A DNA stretch of 64,000 nt. Origin: Octopus bimaculoides (lineage: Eukaryota). The stretch's first letter is position 1. Every line of letters starts with the position of its first letter. Below are positions 1 to 12,172 of this stretch, piece after piece. Location: positions 57,275,121-57,339,120 of the forward strand of contig NC_068981.1 of assembly GCF_001194135.2 (NCBI RefSeq), written 5' to 3'. Below the pieces are notes generated by a model. It was not told where the DNA came from, searched no databases, and was given only the letters and a program-made list of their open reading frames with translations. The position numbers and the translations under genes were made by a program.

Positions 1-66
1 TATATATATATATATGTATATATATATATGTATATATATATATGTGTATATATATATATATATATA

Positions 67-495
67 GGCACAGATTTGACTATAGATAAGTAGCTTGTTT
101 CCCAATCATGTGGTCTTGGGTTCAGTCCCACTGCACGGCACCTTGAGTGAGTGTCTTCTACTATAACCCGGGGCAAAACAAAACCTTGTGAGTGTGTGAG
201 TGGATTTGGTAAACAGAAACTGAGAGAAGCCCAATGCACACACACACACTCATATATACATATATGTACATATCTATGTGTGTTTCGTGTATATACCCCA
301 CCTCTGCTTCACAGTTAGTGTTGGTTTTTTTCCATTCCCATGATCTAGCAATTCAGCAAAAGAGACCAATAGAATAAGTACTAATCTTTAAAAAATATAA
401 CAACTTGGGGTCAATTTATTCAACTTGTACCCTTCAAGGCAGTGCTCCAGTAAGGCCGTAGTGCAATGGCTTAAACAAGTGAAATATTAAAAATA
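67..495 (+). mobile_element. SINE family A (tRNA head, CORE-like CACCTTGGGCAAGTG, internal microsatellite)
   Basis: Colinear with the copies at 21295, 39080 and 43815. It carries an internal (CA)/(TA) tract at about 235-290. Confidence 0.8.
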
Positions 496-603
496 GAAGA
501 TTCTTACTTTCATCTCTTCTACCAGGTGATTCTACAAATTCTGGGATTTTTAAGAAACTTTCACCTGCAATATTACTTTTATAAATTTAACCATTCAGCT
601 TAA

Positions 604-820
604 CCCTTCAGCAGTTGAACTGACAATACCCAGCACAAAAAGCCTACTTGTTTTATTTTCAAATCAGCCAGATCTGGCCACTTAGACCTACCCTCGATAT
701 ATTCCTGAAAATAAACAATTACCTCATCAAAATCTCAAAGCTATGAGTGTGCTTGGTTAATTAAAAACAATGTGAATAAATAAGTGTTACATTTGAGAGA
801 GTAATCTGAATGCTTAATGG
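604..820. mobile_element. piggyBac-like MITE (TTAA-flanked)
   Basis: TTAA|CCCTTCAGCA...TGCTTAATGG|TTAA. A related copy in reverse orientation lies at about 38444-38658. Confidence 0.55.
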
Positions 821-3800
821 TTAAATAACAGTGGTACCTATTTTCACATAAGTAGACTGCATCTGGAAGAATGATTGTCTTCTGTTTTTTTCTAAACTTA
901 ACAAAGATTAGTTCAGCATTTTAACCCACTTGATTCCAACCCACTTGAAACTACTCCTGGTTCTATGATACAAACTTCCATCAAAATTTCAGGTGAATTT
1001 ATGATCAACACACAAAATTCATAAAGAAAGTACGATTTTACTAAACTCTTCATTATTTTCTAAATTAAAATAAATCGTGCAGTGACAATGGGAGCGAGAA
1101 TACCTTTGTAGTGATGATGCCATAGTAAACTCCAAAAAGTGGTATCAGGAAAGGCACTCTGCTGTAGAAATCATGCCAAAACTGAAACGTTGTAGCATGA
1201 CATGGTCCTCCAATAAGTGCAGGAGTGACTGTGGTAAGAAGCCTGCTTCTCAATCATGTGATTCCAGGTTCAGTGCCACTACCTGGCACCTTGGGCAAGT
1301 GTCATCTACTATTGCCTCAGGCTGACCACAAAGCCTTGTGAGTGGATTTGGTAGATGGAAGCTGAAAGAAGCTTGTCTACTGTAGAAATCATGCCAAAAC
1401 TGAAACATTGTAGCATAACATGGTCCGCCAACTTTTCATATCTTATTGACCCATCCAACCCATTCCCAGCATGGAAAAAGCTGATGTAAAATAATGATGA
1501 TGATAATGACAGCAGCAGTAGTTTCTTCTTATATATGTATTTATGTATGTTCTCTGGTCGTCCATGCAAACAAGTCCTCTGTTGCTTCTACACATTAAGA
1601 AATGCATTCTGTATAGAAAATGTATGTAATACAAAGTAATTTACTTAACTATTGAATGTGTTTTGAGAGATCAGCAAGTGGCTAGTAGCCACAAGATACA
1701 AAGTGTTACAAAAGACCAAATATAGAAAAGTTTTAATAGGAAGAAAACTAATTCATTGGGTTAAGTAAATACCTGTTTCCTAAATGTGATGCTTTTTATG
1801 AGTGAGGAGACTATAAGGATGGAGTAAGGGGCAAGCAAATTTACCATGTTTAATAAAATTAAAGTAGTTTCTTTGAACTTGATCACCCTTATGAATTAGG
1901 ACCTATATGGACGCTAACTCTATTTAGTTTACTCCTTATTGAAGAGGAGTGGAAGACAAAAATTTTACACTTGTGACTCTTTCTGGGGATGGAGTAAGTG
2001 TAGATATTGGTCTTTGTTAGTTTGAGAACCACTTGTCTTTTTTTTTCCAGTTAATGTGCAGTATCTCATTGCGTGATATATTTGAGCTTTGTAGGGGAAT
2101 CAGAGAAAACCTGAATCTCCTTGAAGTAGGTTTATTTGTGTGTATGATGCCTCAAAGAAAGGCTTTGTTGGGTATAAGCCATCATCCTTGAAACTAAACA
2201 TTTGACATTGTCAAATTTGCTATTTGTTCTAGCAATGTCACACACCTCAATTGAATTGTTTATTGAAGGTCTATATTGATGTAAGTTGATCTAAAGATTA
2301 TACGAGAATGAAGAGTTACACCACCTGTGTGACACACTATGAAGTTAATAGTGAATAATAAAAGAATGCTATTAAATTTTTACCGGAAGCATTATGATTA
2401 CAGCTGCTACAAGAAGTATACTGATTAGCTTATCTGCTAATCAATAACCACAAGGACACTATTCAAATATTTACTTATAAACTGAATACCCAATGTTCAT
2501 TACAAACTTAAATTCATACCTTTATTTTACTTTGAAGTAGTATCACTAAAAATATAATTCATTTTCAGCACATTTTTCTGTATATACCATCTGAGATGTT
2601 ATATGTTGTTAATTTGCTTTCTTTTTAGGAGTAACACCTTTGGAGAAATCCAAGACTTTTTCCTTAACTTTTGTTCCCCCTCAAGATCTGAATGCAAGTT
2701 TTGTTATAATATGAAACACAAGTAAATTACTTGTAGCAAGAAGATGGGATTTTTCTTTTGTTTGTTTCAAAACAAATGCACAAGTTCCATAATGTGCATT
2801 GTATTAAAAAGTAATGATGGTTGTGAATGTCAACCCTTGGGAAGTGACTGAACACATTCTGTTTCAACTTTTATGCAACTGGCACCAGCAAAGTTGTCTA
2901 AAAACGAGTCATCTTATTCAAAAGTTGATGGCTATCCAAGCCAAGGTGCTGAAACAGCATGAATAAATATCATCTGGGAACTGAGTTCATTGCACCTTAC
3001 GCGATATAATGTTTCAAAAATTTCTTTTGAGACTGTCTGTTTTCCCATATAATTTCATAGGTGCCACTGTAGCTGTGATCACAATCATTGTATTTCAGTT
3101 TCAGCAAATAGAAATAGACTTTTTATTTCCCATAAACTCATTCGCCCCTCTTATTTTCTTTCCCTCTATTTTCAGAAATACATATTTGTCTAACTTTAAT
3201 TTATGCATATTTTCAGAGCTGTTTCTCTTAATATCCACTGTCTATATATCTATCTTTTATCTCACTTTTTTTTTCTCTCAGTTCCTTTTTCATTATTATC
3301 ATATCATGTTTATATAAAACAAAATATGACAGTATAAATACAATTAAAACAATATTGACAACTTACATGTAGAATATATTAAGCATAGGAAACTTATATT
3401 AAAGCAGTCATACAAATATAGTTTTAAAGGATTAATTCATTTTTCACATTTATATTTAATTAAGTCTGGTATAGATAATATGAACATAAGTATAGGTATA
3501 GCCCTACGTAATTAAGAATGTTTGAATTACAGCTACATCATTTCTGGTTCAATTCTAGTGTGCGAAATGATGGACATGTCTTCTACTTCAGCCTCAGTAA
3601 CAAATGTTTTCTGAGTAGAATATGATAGACTGTAACTGTGCATAACTCAACATGTGTATTGTGTATCCTTTTATGTTGTGTCCCTTCATATCACTTAGTG
3701 GTTCAGCAAAGACAGATTGATAAAATAAGTAGTGCAGTCACTACATGATTAAGTAAACACTTGAAGATATTGACTCTTGCAAAGATTTCAAATAATGATA

Positions 3801-3909
3801 AAATGGTCAGTTGTCCAATTCCTTAATATCACTACCATTATGACTAACCTTTTCTTAAATATGTATGTGAGTCTTTGTAATATATATATACATATATATA
3901 CATACATAC

Positions 3910-4589
3910 CATAGGTGTGCAGTCCATAGAAGCAAGGAAAGCATTGCTTCCTTCAAAAATCATAGAAACAAACCTGACACTATATTACTTATTTTTCATA
4001 AGATCGTTCTTCTAATGTTCTGTAAAATTAATATAAACTACATGACATCATAGACTTCAGACTTTTGTTGTTGGAATTAGCATGAGGCGACAAGCAGTGG
4101 CAGATGACACAAAAAAAATCTGTGCAAGGGAAGCAACACGAGCTGTTGCATCATTTCCAGTGTAATATTTTAACATTTTTTCCAATAAAAATGCCACAAA
4201 GACATTTTTTTTCCTAATAAGAGCTGATAACAAATAGTTTTAGATGCTAATAAATACTTATACGTTTAGATTCAGTTTCTGTCAATTCGCAATACCTATG
4301 GTATATATACTCTTTGTTATGCAACACTTACATAGGAAAAGGGAAGCAAGTTGACATTTTGCTTCCATCAGAAGAACAGTGAGAAGATAACACGTGTAGT
4401 TTTCAGCATTTATTTAACAAATATCTTATACTTTTTCAAATTACAGAACACCCTTAATATAAAATGTGATTTAAAAAAAAATTTTTTAATAGCTGTATAA
4501 TATGAACATGTCAATTTGATTCAAATATCTATGTGACAGAAAATTTTGGTCATTACTTCCCCAGCCAGAAAGATCACTGCACGCCCCTG
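3910..4589. mobile_element. hAT-like non-autonomous element
   Basis: The ends CATAGGTGTGCAG and CTGCACGCCCCTG match at 10/13. The 8-bp flanks are ATACATAC and ATACATAT, but they lie in low-complexity sequence, so the TSD evidence is weak. Confidence 0.5.
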
Positions 4590-4622
<33 letters not shown>

Positions 4623-5103
4623 NNNNNNNNNNNNNNNNNNNNNNNNNNNNNNNNNNNNNNNNNNNNNNNNNNNNNNNNNNNNNNNNNNNNNNNNNNNNNN
4701 NNNNNNNNNNNNNNNNNNNNNNNNNNNNNNNNNNNNNNNNNNNNNNNNNNNNNNNNNNNNNNNNNNNNNNNNNNNNNNNNNNNNNNNNNNNNNNNNNNNN
4801 NNNNNNNNNNNNNNNNNNNNNNNNNNNNNNNNNNNNNNNNNNNNNNNNNNNNNNNNNNNNNNNNNNNNNNNNNNNNNNNNNNNNNNNNNNNNNNNNNNNN
4901 NNNNNNNNNNNNNNNNNNNNNNNNNNNNNNNNNNNNNNNNNNNNNNNNNNNNNNNNNNNNNNNNNNNNNNNNNNNNNNNNNNNNNNNNNNNNNNNNNNNN
5001 NNNNNNNNNNNNNNNNNNNNNNNNNNNNNNNNNNNNNNNNNNNNNNNNNNNNNNNNNNNNNNNNNNNNNNNNNNNNNNNNNNNNNNNNNNNNNNNNNNNN
5101 NNN

Positions 5104-5144
<41 letters not shown>

Positions 5145-5147
5145 TAC

Positions 5148-5196
<49 letters not shown>

Positions 5197-5248
5197 TATA
5201 TATATATATATATATAAACGTATATATATGTGTGTGTGTGTGTATATA

Positions 5249-5483
5249 CAGTAATCCCTCAACTATCATGAGTGTTATGTTCCAAAACCTCCCATAGAAA
5301 TAATTAAAATCTAAGATAATATAAATACTTATCAGCCACTGAAACCCAGATGTACTGAGGAGTCTGTGATATAAATTTACATATATTAGCCAGAAAAATC
5401 CACAATGGACTGAGTGCATGATAGGTGAGCTGCAATATACTGAATGTGTAATTGGTGAACCATGGTTTGGCAAGGGATTACTG
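5249..5483. mobile_element. Tc1/mariner-type (Tigger/pogo-like) MITE
   Basis: TIRs CAGTAATCCCT...AGGGATTACTG with TA flanks. A second copy lies at 21080-21275. Confidence 0.8.
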
Positions 5484-6160
5484 TATAGTATTTAACAATA
5501 CCTTATGAAGGCATTTAAAGTGTTTCTTTTAATTAATGATGAAATGTTTCTTTAAAAGTAACAATGTAAAAGAAAGAAATTAGGATGTGAACCTTCTATA
5601 GAACCATTATGTGGGTGTTTTATCTATAGTTGTGTGTGTGCATGTGTCTCATCGATGTATATGTGTGTGTATACATGCAAACACATACACCCACATACAT
5701 TACTTATTTCAAAGCGTCTTTTTTACCTTCCTGTCCCTATCAGAGTTCTTAGGACATGTTTCATTTATTCATGATTTTCCTTTGCTTCAGATAGTGCTCT
5801 GTAAGCTTTATCACTTCTGCTTCCCCACACATGCTGCATTAAGGTTTTGGGCTAGTCCTAGTCTCTTGGGGTACATTGTGAAGACAAACCAAAATTGGCT
5901 ACTGAAAGCAATATAGATAAAGGTAAATGATTACAAAGTAAAACAGACCAAGAAAGTGACAAATTCTCTCAGATCACCAGGAAAATTATGTTATGTACAA
6001 GTTATGCAAAACTGTTTCTCTAGCAAAGTAGACATAGCTAATCTAAAGGAAGATGATTAAGAGGCTTTTCAAATTGCTTCAATAGAAAGATAGCATATGA
6101 AATAAATAATTCCATGTATGGTATTGTGTTTGTGTGTGTGTGTGTGTGTGTGTATATATA

Positions 6161-7446
6161 GGGTCATCCCATAAATAATGCTGTTTTTTCAATTGCATGA
6201 ATTAAAAGTCGGAAGGGGATGGGATAAACTACCTGCATCAACTTGCTATAAAAGCAGGTAATAATTTTACTGTGTACTTATTCTAAGTGTAAGCTTTGAA
6301 GAGTGCAGTTCAATTTTAACAGTTATGTTTTCAAAGTTATAATGGAAGTGACAAAGGAGCATATTTGGAATATTTTGCTTTATGAGTTCAATAAAGGCAA
6401 CAACACAATGGAAAGTGCAAGGAATATTAATGTAGTATATGGGGATTAGACAATAAGTGTAAGCCAGTGTCAATGGTGGTTCCAGAAATTCCTAGTCAGA
6501 AACTACAGCCTAGGTGAGCCTCATCCTGGAAGATCTGTAGAGCTTGACAAGGACATCTTGCAAACCCTAGTGGAACAAAATCCCATCATAACTGTTGAAG
6601 AACTAGCAGAGAAGCTTGGATTTAGTCATTCAACCATTCATCAATACCTGCATACCATCGGAAAAGTCAGCAAATTAGGGAAATGGGTTCCTCACAAACT
6701 TTCCAAGTCTAATCACGCACAGAGAATGAACGTGTGCTCTTCCTTGTCACTTCTCATGAATGAACCTTTTTTGGACAAAATAGGGACTGGTGACAAGAAA
6801 TGTGTTCTCTATAAAAAATGTCAAGCGCTGAAGACAGTGGGTAGGGAAAGGAGAATCACTGGCACCCCAGGCTAAAGTAGGTCTTTACCCATGTAAGGTG
6901 TTGTTATCTGTTTAGTGGAATATGAAAGGTTTAGTCCATTTTAAACTTTTAAACCCAAACCAAATGATAACTAAGGAGATCTACTGCAGGCAGCTTGAGT
7001 GGCTTAAGTCAGCACTAGAAGAAAAACAACCGTCTTTGGTTCCAAGATGAAAGGTGTTCTTCCATCAGGATAATGCTCAGCCACATACAGCAAGGGTAAT
7101 ATTCCTAAGGCTGGAGCAGTTTGAATGGGAAACGATGCCCCACCCACCATNNNNNNNNNNCGGATTATCATATTCACCCATCTGATTATCATTTATTCCG
7201 CAGTCTGCAGAATTATCTGGATGGAAAAAATATAAAACTCTGTAGACGAGGTCACAACAGTACTGTAGGAGTATTTTTCATCATGGACAAGTGAGTTTGG
7301 AAAGAGAAGCCTTGCATTTTTACTAGATAGTTGGAAGAGCATTGTAGAAAATGAAGGAGAGATTAAAAAAGAATTCTGTTTATCTTAATTTTGAAAAATA
7401 AAAGAAGTATAAAGTATAAAAAACCTCATTATTTATGGTATGACCC
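6161..7446 (+). mobile_element. Full-length (1286 bp) mariner DD34D transposon with decayed transposase
   Basis: 20-bp TIRs GGGTCATCCCATAAATAATG (6161-6180) and CATTATTTATGGTATGACCC (7427-7446) differ at one base, with TA on both sides. A pseudo-ORF from ATG 6342 reads MEVTKEHIWNILLYEF...WVPHKL...TGDKK...HQDNAQPH, with stops and frameshifts. Confidence 0.92.
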
Positions 7447-7659
7447 TAAACTCAGCTGTAGAAATGAGTTGTGACATCACTTGTGCCAAGCTGTATCGGT
7501 CTTTGCCTTTCCTTTGGATAACATCAGTGGTGTGGAGAGGGAAGGCTGGTATGCATAGGTGACTACTGGCCTTCCAGAAACAACCTTGCCCAGACTTGTA
7601 CCTTGGAGGGTAACTTTGTTGGTGCAATCCCATGGTCATTCATGACCAAAGGGGGTCTC

Positions 7660-7691
<32 letters not shown>

Positions 7692-7694
<3 letters not shown>

Positions 7695-8562
7695 GGTGTG
7701 ATGGGTAAATTATCACCATTTTATATTTTTAATTTTGTGCATGTGCATTGTTTGTTTTCGATTTTGTTGACTACACAGTATAGTAGGATCAGTTGGGCAC
7801 TCTCTGTGAGAAAACAGCAGCATGATGCAATTCACTCTGCCAGAAATTCGGAAACAACATACTGTACTGCATGGTATTTGCGCTGGAAGCTCCAATACAA
7901 ACATTTCAGAGTGTTTGAGTGTCAATCTGAGGACAGTGCAATCTGAGGACATGTACCAAGAGTGATAAAAATCAAACATCCAGTCAATATCATGGTGTTT
8001 GGAGTGATCACTAGTGATGTTGACGTTATGCCTTCATTCATTTTCCCACATGACCTCAGACTCAACACAGAGGCCTTCGTCAAGTGCCTGGAAGAGGGAG
8101 GGCTATCCTATGGCTGCTGTCTATTGCTGACAACAGGATTCTGCATCATGCTATACAAGCAGGAGAACCCAATCATGGCTGTCAGACAAATGCTGCAACC
8201 ACATCACCCCTAACATCTGGCCACCTAACTCCCCAGACTGCAACCCCCTTGATTATTATGTGTGGGGCACAGTTGAGCGAGAGACCAACAAAACTCCTTA
8301 TAACACCAAAGATGAACTTAAGGCAAGGATTATGGCAACATTCACCAACTTAAACAAGGAGACCACTGAGAAGAATTGCAGGAAATTCTAAAGTCATCTG
8401 GAGGCTGTGGTTGAAGCCAATGGCGATTTAATTGAATAAATTTACTCTTTAGTATTTCTAGATATTTTTATGTAATTTTGGTACATATATCTGTTAAAAT
8501 GAGATGTCAGTGTTATTTTCATTTTTGCATAACTTAGACGACAGTTTATTCACCACACCCTG
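7692..8562 (+). mobile_element. Internally deleted DD37D (maT-type) Tc1/mariner element inserted in a (TA)n tract
   Basis: The ends read CAGGGTGTGATGGGTAAA and TTTATTCACCACACCCTG, with (TA)n on both flanks. Residual frame QQD(8137)SASCYTSRRTQSWLSDKCCNHITPNIWPPNSPDCNPLD(8251)YYVWG has 37 residues between the 2nd and 3rd Asp. Confidence 0.88.
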
Positions 8563-8564
8563 TG

Positions 8565-8652
<88 letters not shown>
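8563..8652. repeat. (TA)n microsatellite
   Basis: Directly visible. Confidence 0.95.
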
Positions 8653-8656
<4 letters not shown>

Positions 8657-11600
8657 AAAAGATGCATAGATAGATATATACATATACAAATACACACATA
8701 CATTTGCATGTGTGAACACAACCATGTAATTGTTCTTTTGATTTACATCTGTATTTCTATACTTGCATAGGTTTGATAGGAAGTGAGTCAGTACTTCATG
8801 ACCAGGCTCTGTTCCTGTTGCCACCAATAACATTTGCAAGCACACAAGTACAGAACCTAATATAAACATGACAACACTGCTTTTCCATTAGATAGTGTGT
8901 TGGGTGGGAGCATTCAGAAGTGTTCCAGAATGCCCAAACATGTTAGGCATGCTACAAATGTTCTACACTCCACTCCAATGTCAGTGCAGGATCCAAGCCA
9001 TCATAAAGAGTAAAAAGGAACACAGAAAATATAACTGGTATTTTATGCTTTATATAATATACATATTTTCACATTTTCCAGGAAGCTGATTAGAGCTTGT
9101 GATTTTATTGATGCTTTATTTTTGCTGATAATGCTGAAGGAAGAAGTCAACTGTTATTGTATAACATCACCAACTGGCTTACATAATAACTGGTTTGCTT
9201 ACTGAAATACGTGTTATTTACATGAAGTATAAAATAATTACATTTTCTATGTTCCGTGTGTGTGTCTGTGTGGGTGTGTGTTAGGTAAGCTGGCAGAAGT
9301 ATTTGTACAATGGACAAAATGCTTAGCAGCATTTTTTCCAAATCTTTATGGTCAGAATTTAAATCCTGCCAAAGTCACCTTTGCCTTTCTTCCCTTCAGG
9401 GTTGATAAAATATGTACTAGTTGAACATTAGGAGTGACATATTCAGCTAACCCTCTGTTCCTTTATTGCTGGCCTCATACCAAGATTTGAAACCATATAT
9501 GTATGTGTGTGTGTGTGTGTGTCCTTGTCTTCACATCATGGGATAATAGTTATAAACGAGTGTCACTGTCATTCCAGCTAAGTCCCTCATTTGCTGTTTA
9601 CCTTGAAAATATGTTCAGTCATTTGCTTGGAAACAAATAAGGGCTGGCAACAGGAAGGGGATCTGGCCATAATAAACTCTGTCCAACCATGTAACCATAA
9701 AATATGATAGACAGATATCGTTTAGAAATATATTCTTGAAAGATATCTGATGATGGGACATACTCACGTAAACTATTTTATCTCATTAAACTATAGCAAT
9801 ATGAAAAGTAGACTTAAAGAGAATGCTTTCACATAGCATTTCACAAAGCATGGTAATATTTCTCTTCCGTTACTTTCTAACCACAGTACTTTGGCTACTT
9901 TCTCATCCTGTGATCTTCACACACACACATACATATACAATCACAGGTTTTCCTATCCTCTCAGTGCTGTAGTCAATCTGATTTTCCTGTTGCTCTCAGG
10001 AGAATTCATTTCATATTTCTATACCCCCACCAACTTTATGTTTTGTTTTTTTTTCTGCTTTTGGTTTTGCTCCCACCACACTTTTTCTTACTCCTTTCAT
10101 GTTAATACAGCAGTGTTCATTGACTAGAATTAGGTGTTGCTCTCTGATTAAACACTGATTTTTTTTTGTTGTTGTTGTTTTCATAAAACTAGTGACATAA
10201 ATAAAGATAATAGCAGCAATATTAATGATGATAATATTAATAATATATTTGTTTTATATTTGATTTTGATTTTTCTCACTTTTGACTATCTTGTCAGTTT
10301 TATACTTGTCATCTTTGTGTCATCTGTGTTATTTTATTATCATATATACTATGATATTTATTAATACTATAAACAAAAATATAGAGGTAGCATATTGCCT
10401 TTTATTATATTTGTTATACATTAATTGCCTTGATCTCTGCCACTGCTGCACACTGTACATCACTTTTTTGGTCATTATCTTTCAGATTCATTCTACTTGT
10501 TTAGCAAAACTATGCACTAAAGTCTAAAAATCATAGGTTCCAATCTGTCTCTATTTTTAGCATTATTTTAATATTCAATTAGCGGTAACATCACCATCAT
10601 CAATCAACTACAGTTTCCATTTGCAAGATGACAGATTTGTGGCATAACTCATTGCATCATCAGTGTCTTAAGTTTATCAACAGTCACAACACTATTGAAT
10701 GCCATCAAGATTTTTAAACCATGGTTTTAGAAGTATGTTCACTTTTCATCTTCCCATGGGATAGTTCCCAGATGATCCCTTTACTGATGGCCACCCTTTG
10801 GTGTCACTGATGATACCCAGCAATTTTCAGCCATTCATCTGCTATCTTGATGGTCATATGGAGCATGTTGCCACAGAGTTGTTGTTACTCAGTCATTTTG
10901 TACATCCAGTTGATGTGATTTTAAAAGGCAACCTGGTGCATTCAAGCTGCATTGATTGCATCCTTTATTAATAATGCATAAATACCTATATATTTATGTG
11001 TGTGTCTCTGTGTAAGGAGCATCCACATAGTTGTGCTCTGCCAAATTCTGTTGGTCAACCCAAGGCCATCGTAGAAGGTGACTTGCCCAATGATGTACTC
11101 CAGAGCAAGGCAAAACCCAGAACCATATGGCTGGAAAGCAAACTCCTTTACCTTATTGGTATATCCATGCTTGCACCCATATAGGAGACTGAAATAAAAC
11201 TGAATTATGTACTTTGACTCATTAGATATAAAAATATTAACTTTTTTTCCCACAATGCTTCTATATTTCTTTTAGTTTCTGTAATTGGTGCTTTTTTTCA
11301 CCTCTCACCCTACTCCTTTCTCTAGCACTTTTTCTTGCTATGGTTCAGCAAAATTAAATATACCACATGAACTTATGCAATATAAATGCACACACAAATC
11401 TAGCACTATAAGAATTTGTTGCATGAAAAGAAATACCCACAAATTATTGTTTATAGATTACATACGTAGGTAATATATATTTCATTTCATTTATTTATAC
11501 ACATTTCAAGGTCTGTTTTATTGTTAGTCTTCTCATTGTTAATGTAATTGTTATTGTGGTTATGGTTAACAAGCAGTTTATCATAATATTGCATTAAAAT

Positions 11601-11684
11601 ATTTTTTAAAGTTAATATTCAAATAAAAAAAAAAACATAGGAAAACTGTACAGATGCACCCATTGCCCACTATTGAACCCCGTG

Positions 11685-12172
11685 ACCCCAGAAGGCAGCA
11701 CCCCCTGCCCACCAGAGGGCTATATCACTTATCCACCTGGTGGCTATACCCTCCATCCACCAGAGGGCAGAACCCCCAACTACCAGAAGGCTATACCACC
11801 CAACCACCTGAGGACAGTACTACTCAACCACCAGAAGACAGCACCACTCAGCTTCCAGTAGGCAGTACCACCCAGCCATCAAAGAGGGCTGTACCATTCC
11901 TTCTCGAGTTATGCTAACTCATAAGGGCCAGTTTCATGGTGTATATACTCCCCACCTAGGTGGAACACCGGTCTACTGCAGGATTACTCATTTTTGCCAG
12001 CTGAGTGGACTGGAGTAACATGAATTAAAGTGTTTTGTTCAAAAATACAATGCATTGCCCAGTCCAGGAATCAAAACCACAATATTACAATCATGAGCCC
12101 AACACCCTTAACCACTAAGCCACGCACCTCCACAGCCGTACCACTCACCTGCCAGAGGGCAGTATCACCCAC
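11685..12172 (+). repeat. Degenerate 24-bp tandem array (9 units, plus 1 beyond a SINE); consensus CCACCAGAGGGC-AGTACCACCCAA
   Basis: Unit starts are 11685, 11709, 11733, 11757, 11780, 11804, 11828, 11852, 11876 and 12149. Confidence 0.9.
11899..12133 (-). mobile_element. tRNA-derived SINE (family E) interrupting the 24-bp array
   Basis: The minus strand begins GGAGGTGCGTGGCTTAGTGGTTAAG (A box) and has GGTTTTGATTCC (B box-like). Array-like sequence resumes at 12136. Confidence 0.75.

Noticed and set aside
4486-5473. Long ORFs (200-310 aa) here and at about 19.0-19.9, 37.1-37.5, 52.6-53.0 and 59.2-60.2 kb
   Set aside because: They consist of (TA)/(TG)/(CA) translations and X from N-gaps, so they are artefacts.
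9747-9773. CTGATGA-TGGG-ACATA-CTCA-CGTAAAC, a second hammerhead-like motif
   Set aside because: It has no GAAA box and no convincing helix I or III, so it is too degenerate to support.
11685-11898. Possible CRISPR-like repeat-spacer array
   Set aside because: The spacer halves are homologous to each other, the period is only 24 bp, there are no cas genes and the context is eukaryotic.
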